Made by a program: the position numbers and the translations under genes
Part shown: positions 57,557 to 64,000 of the stretch, piece after piece
How the letters are laid out: each line of letters starts with the position of its first letter
Numbering within the stretch: position 1 is the stretch's first letter
Notes under the pieces: generated by a model
Database searches by the model: none
The model's input: only the letters and a program-made list of their open reading frames with translations
What the model was told of the DNA's origin: nothing
NCBI GenBank assembly: GCA_913058345.1
Contig: CAJXQR010000011.1
Span: 18,964 to 82,963, forward strand
DNA from: an uncultured Gammaproteobacteria bacterium
GTDB taxonomy: Bacteria > Pseudomonadota > Gammaproteobacteria > Pseudomonadales > Porticoccaceae
Reading direction: 5' to 3'
Length of the DNA: 64,000 nucleotides

Positions 57557-58537
57557 ATGAACGATAAGTTTGAACAATCATTGCCGGACATACCCATTTC
57601 ACCGCGTCAGATTGCTTTGGGTATTGTCATCGCGCTCGCGGTGTATCTGGGCTACAGCAGTTTTTACACAGTCTCGGCGGAATCCGTCGGCGTCGTACAG
57701 CGCTTTGGTCACTACCACTATGTCGTCGATCCTGGCCTGCATTTCAAAATTCCCTTCGGTGTTGATCAGGTGGTTCAGGTCCCAGTGAAACGTCAGCTCA
57801 AAGAAGAATTTGGCTTCGGTACACCCGGCGCGACGTTTACGCGACAGATGTCCGATCCCAGGGAATGGGAGCTGGAAACCACCATCGTTACCGGAGACTT
57901 GAATGCGGCGCTGGTGGAGTGGGTGATTCAGTTTCGCATTGAGAACGCCTTCGACTTCCTATTCAAAGTGCGCGATCCGGGGGATGCCCTGCGGGACATT
58001 TCCGAATCGGTGATGCGCGAAGTTGTCGGTGATCGTACGGTAGATGAAGTGTTGACCATCGGTCGTCAGGACATTGAGGCCAATGCCCAGACCAAGATGC
58101 AGGAGGTGGTTAACCTCTATGAAATGGGCTTGCGCATAGATCAGGTGCAGCTCAAGAACGTCAATCCGCCGAAACCGGTAAAGGCTTCCTTTGATGAAGT
58201 CAACGAAGCGCAGCAGGAACGTGAGCGCATGATTAATGTAGCCCGCGGCGAGTACAACAAGGCCGTACCCCAAGCCAGGGGTACGGCGGAACGCTCCATC
58301 CAGGCAGGGGAAGGGTATGCGATCCAGCGTGTCAATCAGGCGGAAGGGGACGCGGCCAAATTTAACGCGCTGCTGGCTGAATATATCAAGGCACCGGGGG
58401 TTACCAAGCGGCGACTCTACCTGGAAACCCTGCAGGAGGTATTGCCAGTCGTGAAAAACAAAATTGTGCTCGACGATAAAGCAGCGTCCGTTTTGCCGTT
58501 GCTGCAACTCAACGCCATGCAAGGAGAACCCCGATGA
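57557..58537 (+). CDS. hflK: SPFH-family FtsH modulator HflK
   Basis: 326 aa, N-terminal TM, band-7 domain, paired with HflC. Confidence 0.85.
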   Translation: MNDKFEQSLPDIPISPRQIALGIVIALAVYLGYSSFYTVSAESVGVVQRFGHYHYVVDPGLHFKIPFGVDQVVQVPVKRQLKEEFGFGTPGATFTRQMSDPREWELETTIVTGDLNAALVEWVIQFRIENAFDFLFKVRDPGDALRDISESVMREVVGDRTVDEVLTIGRQDIEANAQTKMQEVVNLYEMGLRIDQVQLKNVNPPKPVKASFDEVNEAQQERERMINVARGEYNKAVPQARGTAERSIQAGEGYAIQRVNQAEGDAAKFNALLAEYIKAPGVTKRRLYLETLQEVLPVVKNKIVLDDKAASVLPLLQLNAMQGEPR

Positions 58538-59487
58538 ACAGATTCATCTACATCGCGCTGGCGGTATTATTTCCGCTACTGATCGTTGCCTATGAAGCGT
58601 TCTATACCGTGAACGAAACCGAGCAGGTGATCATGACGCAGTTCGGTAAACCCGTGGGCGGAATTGTTAATGAAGCCGGCCTGAAATTAAAGATTCCCTT
58701 TATCCAGAAAGTCAATCGTATCGAAAAACGGATATTGCTTTGGGATGGTTCCGCCAACGATATGCCGACCAAGGACAAGCTTTATATCACGGTTGATACC
58801 TTCGGCCGCTGGCGCATCAAAGATCCGCTGCAGTACTTCCTGCGGTTACGGGACGAGCGCAGTGCCCAGTCCCGGCTGGAGGATATTCTCGGCAGTGAAA
58901 CCCGCAATGCCGTCGCCAAACACGAATTGATTGAAATTGTCCGAACCACCAAAGACAGAACGCCTGCTGTTGATCCCCTGCTGGCAGAAGCGGACGTTGG
59001 AAAATTGCTACCGATTAAGCGCGGCAGGCGGCAAATTGAAGAGGATATTTTTTCCGCCGCGTCCGTAAAACTGGCGGAATTCGGTATTGAGTTGCTCGAT
59101 ATCCGGTTTAAGCGGATTAACTATAACGAAAGCGTCCGGCAGAAAATCTACGCCAGAATGATCAGTGAACGCCAGCAGATTGCTGAGCGGTTTCGTTCCG
59201 AAGGTGCCGGTGAGGCCGCCAAAATTATCGGCAACAAGGAAAAAGACCTGCAGCGTATTGAGTCCGAAGCGTACCGAAAAATTCAATCTATTCAAGGTGT
59301 GGCCGATGCCAAAGCCACAGAAATCTATGCGGCGGCCTACAACCAAACCAAGTCGTCACGTGAACTGTATGACCTTGTGAAGACATTGGAAACCTACAAG
59401 CAGGTGATTGATCCTTCCACCACGCTGGTATTAACCACCGAAAGCGAGTTGTACCAGTTGTTGAATGGCGTGGGCCAGCAACCCTGA
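58534..59487 (+). CDS. hflC: SPFH-family FtsH modulator HflC
   Basis: 317 aa, ATGA overlap with hflK. Confidence 0.85.
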   Translation: MNRFIYIALAVLFPLLIVAYEAFYTVNETEQVIMTQFGKPVGGIVNEAGLKLKIPFIQKVNRIEKRILLWDGSANDMPTKDKLYITVDTFGRWRIKDPLQYFLRLRDERSAQSRLEDILGSETRNAVAKHELIEIVRTTKDRTPAVDPLLAEADVGKLLPIKRGRRQIEEDIFSAASVKLAEFGIELLDIRFKRINYNESVRQKIYARMISERQQIAERFRSEGAGEAAKIIGNKEKDLQRIESEAYRKIQSIQGVADAKATEIYAAAYNQTKSSRELYDLVKTLETYKQVIDPSTTLVLTTESELYQLLNGVGQQP

Positions 59488-59497
59488 GGAGGTTTTG

Positions 59498-59995
59498 ATG
59501 AACAAACTGGAATTCACGATTCACTGCCCTGTTTGTTATATGACAAAAATCAACCGATCACTGTTGGTGAACTATCAGGGCGTTGATCACTATTTTTGTT
59601 CGACCCAGTGTCTGGAGCGATTTAAGTCCCATCCACATCTGTTTGTGGGTGACCCCCAACATGGCAAGTCACCCAAGCAGAAAGACCAGGTGGTGTTAAA
59701 GAAGCGTCGCATTCGATTTTGCGAAGCCATCAGCGATCCCCTTAAAGCAGAACTGGAAGCCTCACTGCAGATGCTGATGGGTGTTGAAGCAATTGTGTTT
59801 GAAGGTGAAGACTTGTACGTGACTTACGACCTCATTCAAGTCTCTCTGGAGGATATTGAAAAAGCCATCGAGAAAGCGGCAGTTGGGTTTCGCAAAGGTG
59901 TGTTGGATCAGGTTAAACGGGGACTGATTCATTACAGCGAGGAGTGTGAACTCGACAACCTTGCACACCTGACCAAGGACGGTGGTTGTCACTGA
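59498..59995 (+). CDS. YHS/TRASH-type Cys4 zinc-ribbon protein with a C-terminal HMA-like fold
   Basis: CPVC..(22)..CSTQC; then ..KKRRIRFCEAISDPLKAELEASLQMLMGVEAIVFEGEDLYVTYD.. Confidence 0.55.
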   Translation: MNKLEFTIHCPVCYMTKINRSLLVNYQGVDHYFCSTQCLERFKSHPHLFVGDPQHGKSPKQKDQVVLKKRRIRFCEAISDPLKAELEASLQMLMGVEAIVFEGEDLYVTYDLIQVSLEDIEKAIEKAAVGFRKGVLDQVKRGLIHYSEECELDNLAHLTKDGGCH

Positions 59996-60005
59996 GGAAA
60001 ATGCA

Positions 60006-61868
60006 ATGAATAAAAAGCAGCAATTGAATCTGGTCTACCTGTTTGTGGCGCTGTGGGGGGTTGTGCTGTTTCAGAGCTTCTGGGGACACACAGCTAGTCA
60101 GGCGCAACTGAGTTACAGCGAGTTTGAGCGCTACCTGCAACAGGGCTGGTTAAAAGACCTGGTGGTTGATCAGCAAACCATTCGCGGCAGCTTCAAGGAG
60201 CCGATTGAGGGCAAAGACCACTTCGTTACACCCCGGGTCGATATCGATCTGGCGGAAAAACTCGCCCCCTATAACGTGGACTACAAGGGTGTTGTCTCCG
60301 GTGGGCCGCTTGCCACATTAATCGGCTGGATCGCTCCGGCACTGGTGTTTTTCCTGGTGTGGTTTTTGATGTTCCGTAAATTTGCCGACAAGCAGGGCAT
60401 GGGCGGCATGATGAATATCGGTAAGAGCAAAGCCAAGGTGTTGGTTGAGAAAGATACGGGCGTCACGTTTGATGACGTGGCTGGGGTGGATGAGGCCAAG
60501 GAAGAATTGGTGGAAGTGGTGCAGTTCTTAAAAGAACCGGGGAGATATAGCCGATTGGGTGCCCATATTCCCAAGGGGGTATTACTGGTTGGCCCGCCGG
60601 GTACCGGTAAAACACTGATCGCCCGCGCCGTGGCGGGGGAGGCCGGAGTGGCGTTCTTTTCCATTAGCGGCTCGGAATTTATCGAAATGTTTGTCGGTGT
60701 TGGTGCCGCCAGAGTGCGGGATCTGTTTGAACAGGCCAAGCAACATGCCCCCGCCATTATTTTTATCGACGAACTGGATGCCTTGGGTCGTGTGCGCGGT
60801 GTAGGCCCCATGTCCGGGGGCCACGATGAGCGTGAACAAACCCTGAATCAGTTACTCAGCGAACTGGATGGTTTTAATCCCTCTGAAGGCGTGATCATTC
60901 TCGCAGCCACCAACCGGCCCGAAATCCTCGACCCGGCCTTACTACGCGCTGGCCGCTTTGACCGTCAGGTATTGGTCGACCGCCCGGATAAAGTCGGCCG
61001 TGGACAGATACTTCGCGTCCATATGGTAAAGATACAGGCCGATGATACGGTCAGCATAGAAGCAGTTGCGTCGCTAACCACCGGATTCAGTGGCGCGGAC
61101 CTGGCGAACCTGGTTAATGAAGCGGCGCTGCTCGCCACCCGGCGCGGTGCCGACAGTGTCTCCATGGAGGATTTTGTCAATGCCATCGAGCGCATCATTG
61201 CTGGCTTGGAGAAGAAAAACAAACTGATCAATCCACAGGAAAAGGCCGTCGTCGCGCATCACGAAATGGGTCATGCCCTGGTGGGCATGGCGCTCAGCCC
61301 GGAACAGCCGATTCAAAAAGTCTCCATAATCCCCCGTGGTGTGGGAGCGCTTGGCTACACCATCCAGCGCCCCTCGGAAGATCGCTATTTAATGAGCAAA
61401 AAAGATTTGCAGAATCGTATCGCCGTGCTGTTGGCGGGGAGAGCGGCGGAGCAACTGATCTTCGACGAAGTGACCACCGGCGCCGCCGACGATTTGGTGA
61501 AAGCCACGGATATTGCCCGAGCCATGGTGACCCAGTATGGCATGTCGGACGAGATCGGCATGCTGTCCATTGATACGCCAAAATCGCCGTTTCTCGATCC
61601 ATCCATCACTGATTCCAGCCTGCGTTTCGGCCCCGATATGGCACAGCGGGTATCGGCAGCCGTCAGCCAACTGTTGAATGACGCTTTTGCCCTGGCGACG
61701 GATATCCTCACGCTCAATCAGTCGTTACTGGAAGAAACCGCCCAACGGTTGCTGGCGGAGGAAACCCTGGACGATCAACATCTGTCTGGCATCAAACAGA
61801 AAATCACTGTGTCCAGGGCGATTCAACAAGTGGCTTTTTCCGCCTTCACGTCTGCGGAGAACCATTAA
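60006..61868 (+). CDS. ftsH: ATP-dependent zinc metalloprotease FtsH
   Basis: Two TM segments, [45 protein letters not shown]. Confidence 0.95.
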   Translation: MNKKQQLNLVYLFVALWGVVLFQSFWGHTASQAQLSYSEFERYLQQGWLKDLVVDQQTIRGSFKEPIEGKDHFVTPRVDIDLAEKLAPYNVDYKGVVSGGPLATLIGWIAPALVFFLVWFLMFRKFADKQGMGGMMNIGKSKAKVLVEKDTGVTFDDVAGVDEAKEELVEVVQFLKEPGRYSRLGAHIPKGVLLVGPPGTGKTLIARAVAGEAGVAFFSISGSEFIEMFVGVGAARVRDLFEQAKQHAPAIIFIDELDALGRVRGVGPMSGGHDEREQTLNQLLSELDGFNPSEGVIILAATNRPEILDPALLRAGRFDRQVLVDRPDKVGRGQILRVHMVKIQADDTVSIEAVASLTTGFSGADLANLVNEAALLATRRGADSVSMEDFVNAIERIIAGLEKKNKLINPQEKAVVAHHEMGHALVGMALSPEQPIQKVSIIPRGVGALGYTIQRPSEDRYLMSKKDLQNRIAVLLAGRAAEQLIFDEVTTGAADDLVKATDIARAMVTQYGMSDEIGMLSIDTPKSPFLDPSITDSSLRFGPDMAQRVSAAVSQLLNDAFALATDILTLNQSLLEETAQRLLAEETLDDQHLSGIKQKITVSRAIQQVAFSAFTSAENH

Positions 61869-61949
61869 TGCAGGCGAGAGTAAGGCGCATCAATCAGATC
61901 GTCTTCAGTCGCCACGGCATTATGGGCCGTGGAGGATGTAATACGTGCT

Positions 61950-63209
61950 ATGAATGACTACCAAACGCAACTTTCCCATCTGATGCTGTTCGCCCAAAGC
62001 ATCGGCATCGGCTTTCTGATCGGGCTCGAACGGGAGCGCCACAATAACGCCATTGCCGGGGTGCGCACGTTTACCCTGATTGCGCTCGCCGGCAGTCTGG
62101 CCGGCTATATTGCTACACCTGAACAGAATGTGGGGCTGGCCATTGCGATTGGTCTGTTGGTTGGTCTTTCATTGGTCGTTGCGCAGGCAAAATCAACATC
62201 CGAAGAGTCGGATACGACCACGGTCATGGCCGGGTTGATTGCCTTTGGGCTGGGCTACAGTTTGTGGCTTGGCCATCCGCTGTTACCGTCTGCTTTAGCC
62301 ATCGCTATCACCGCTATTTTGTATTTCCGCGAGCAATTGAGACAGGTGCCGCAGCAGTTGACGGATAAGGATATCCGGTCGTTCTTCCAGTTTGCGGCGG
62401 TCGCGTTTATTTTGCTGCCCATCCTGCCTGATACCACCTATGGTCCCTATGCGGTGTTCAACCCCTATCAAACCGGTTGGCTGGTGGTGTTGATCAGCGG
62501 TATCAGTCTCGCCGGTTACGTAGCGCTACGCTGTCTGGACGGCAAGGCAGGGCTGCTGATTCTCGGCTTGTTTGGTGGCCTGGTTTCCACCACCGCGACG
62601 ACCCTCGTCTATGCGCGACACAGTAAGAGCCTACGGGGATTTTCCACCGTTGCCAGCACCATCATCCTGCTCTCGCACATTGTCCTGTTCATTCGCGTTG
62701 GTATCCTGGTTTCAGTGGTAGAGCCTTCGATGTTGCGGCCCATGTTGCCTTGGTTATTAGGCGGCGGTTTAGTGGGTGGTGTTTATGGGCTTTGGGCTTA
62801 TCGTCGTGCTGTCAGTGCACAAAAAGCCCTCCCGGATCTGGAGGTCAGAAATCCGGCGGAGCTGAAAACGGCGCTGGGCTTTGCGGCGGCATTCGCTGTG
62901 GTATTGCTACTGGTATCGTGGATGAACGACAACTTCGCCGATACCGGTGTTTATGTCGTGGCCTTTATCTCAGGTTTGACGGACCTGGATGCCATTACCA
63001 TTTCCAATCTTAAATTGGTATCGAGCCAGACACTCAGTTCACCAGTGGCGGTAACCGCCATCGTTATCGCCTTCGTAGCCAACCTGATTTTTAAGTACGC
63101 GATTGTCCTGACGGCGGGGGCTAAGACGTTGCGTCTTCCGGTGGCCATGGGCTTTTTAACCTTGTTGATCGGCATCGCGTTGGGTCTCGCTGCGGATCGT
63201 TTCTTGTAA
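61950..63209 (+). CDS. MgtC/SapB-family membrane protein with a DUF4010-type extension
   Basis: FLIGLERERH motif, about 12 TM segments. Confidence 0.75.
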   Translation: MNDYQTQLSHLMLFAQSIGIGFLIGLERERHNNAIAGVRTFTLIALAGSLAGYIATPEQNVGLAIAIGLLVGLSLVVAQAKSTSEESDTTTVMAGLIAFGLGYSLWLGHPLLPSALAIAITAILYFREQLRQVPQQLTDKDIRSFFQFAAVAFILLPILPDTTYGPYAVFNPYQTGWLVVLISGISLAGYVALRCLDGKAGLLILGLFGGLVSTTATTLVYARHSKSLRGFSTVASTIILLSHIVLFIRVGILVSVVEPSMLRPMLPWLLGGGLVGGVYGLWAYRRAVSAQKALPDLEVRNPAELKTALGFAAAFAVVLLLVSWMNDNFADTGVYVVAFISGLTDLDAITISNLKLVSSQTLSSPVAVTAIVIAFVANLIFKYAIVLTAGAKTLRLPVAMGFLTLLIGIALGLAADRFL

Positions 63210-63226
63210 CCCCTATAACCCTGACG

Positions 63227-63871
63227 ATGGAGAAGATTATGACAACGTTGATAAACGCTCGATGGAAACTCAGACCATTATTCCCCCGCGCTCTGCTGGT
63301 TCTGTTATTTACGCTGCCGTGGTTAAGCGGCTGCGGCGTTAACAACATCCCCACCTACGATGAGCAGGCGAAAGCTGCCTGGGCCCAGGTGGAGAATCAG
63401 TACCAGCGGCGTGCGGATCTGGTTCCCAATCTAGTCGCCACCGTCAAAGGTTATGCCGCCCATGAACAGGAAACGCTGATAGCGGTGACTGAGGCCCGCG
63501 CCAAAGTCGGTTCCATTCAGGCGGGCAAAGATCTACTTGATAATCCACAGAAGCTACAGCAGTTTCAGGCAGCTCAGAGCGAGCTGGGAAGTGCGCTACA
63601 GCGTCTTATGGTCGTCGTTGAGCGCTATCCCGATTTGAAAGCCAATCAAAATTTTCTGGCGTTGCAATCCCAGTTGGAAGGCACTGAGAACCGAATCAGC
63701 GTCGCCCGTCGCGATTTTATTCAGGCAGTCAACCAATACAACAGGGAGATAAGAACCTTTCCCGGCAGGATCTGGCACTGGATTCTTTACAGTGATATGC
63801 CGCTACGGGAAACCTATGAGGCTACGAACCAGAATGCAGAACAGGCGCCCAAGGTAGATTTCAATGACTAG
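63227..63871 (+). CDS. LemA-family lipoprotein
   Basis: Lipobox LSGC; YDEQAKAAWAQVENQYQRRADLVPNLV.. Confidence 0.9.
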   Translation: MEKIMTTLINARWKLRPLFPRALLVLLFTLPWLSGCGVNNIPTYDEQAKAAWAQVENQYQRRADLVPNLVATVKGYAAHEQETLIAVTEARAKVGSIQAGKDLLDNPQKLQQFQAAQSELGSALQRLMVVVERYPDLKANQNFLALQSQLEGTENRISVARRDFIQAVNQYNREIRTFPGRIWHWILYSDMPLRETYEATNQNAEQAPKVDFND

Positions 63872-64000
63872 CGTATGGCGAATCAGTACCTGCCTACTGC
63901 TGCTCTGGGCCAGTCTGCCGCTCTTCGCGGCGGTCTCCTTCCCCCCGCTCAGCGGTCGGGTGGTCGATCAGGCCGGGTTGCTGGATTCCGGCACGGCACA
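63864..64000 (+). CDS. TPM (YgcG-like) domain protein, 5' part only (runs off the window)
   Basis: Signal peptide then ..LSGRVVDQAGLLD.., the usual partner of LemA; 8-nt overlap with lemA. Confidence 0.5.
   Translation, partial: MTSVWRISTCLLLLWASLPLFAAVSFPPLSGRVVDQAGLLDSGTA

Overview
This is a mosaic, largely accessory 64-kb segment of a Gram-negative (proteobacteria-type) genome. Five blocks can be read from the sequence.
(A) 0.4-8.2 kb is a stress/energy-limitation gene set: SDR, a sigma54-driven MBL-rhodanese fusion, ChaB, an ArsB/NhaD-type permease, an HPF-like protein, a CBS protein and a cytochrome c.
(B) 8.2-19.6 kb is AT-rich. It holds an envelope-remodelling islet (DUF3413/YejM-like sulfatase-family enzyme, Ais-like histidine phosphatase, LtaS-like transferase, GT9 heptosyltransferase remnant). 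It also holds a ~2-kb ORF-poor decayed stretch, a two-module DUF1566 secreted protein and a dead IS3-family element.
(C) 19.6-31 kb is a GC-rich segment of a PFGI-1/ICEclc-type integrative conjugative element that begins at an orphan tRNA 3' end. It carries a MOBH relaxase, TraG, TIGR03755/56/57-like T4SS genes, VapBC, LysR/XRE cargo and integrase/IS91/ABC gene fragments. An AbiEi/AbiEii module and a LysE exporter follow it.
(D) 34-47 kb is a Cu/Ag resistance island: DUF411, CusCBA with a CusB-CusF fusion, MerR-controlled CopZ-CopA, cupredoxin, P-II, DUF2933, ICMT and a Met/His-rich protein.
(E) 47-64 kb is a co-directional cluster. It joins an archaeal-type AMP/nucleoside phosphorylase homologue, a Prs-like kinase, a beta-CASP MBL nuclease, acetate kinase and phosphoketolase to an orphan Rieske protein and an FtsH-HflKC-MgtC-LemA-TPM membrane module.
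No rRNA, intact tRNA or CRISPR array was seen. Several otherwise intact genes are broken by single-base homopolymer indels, so assembly error versus real pseudogenisation must be checked. No novel system can be proven from sequence alone. The best follow-up candidates are block E, the extended AbiEi antitoxin and the tRNA-scar/ICE junction.
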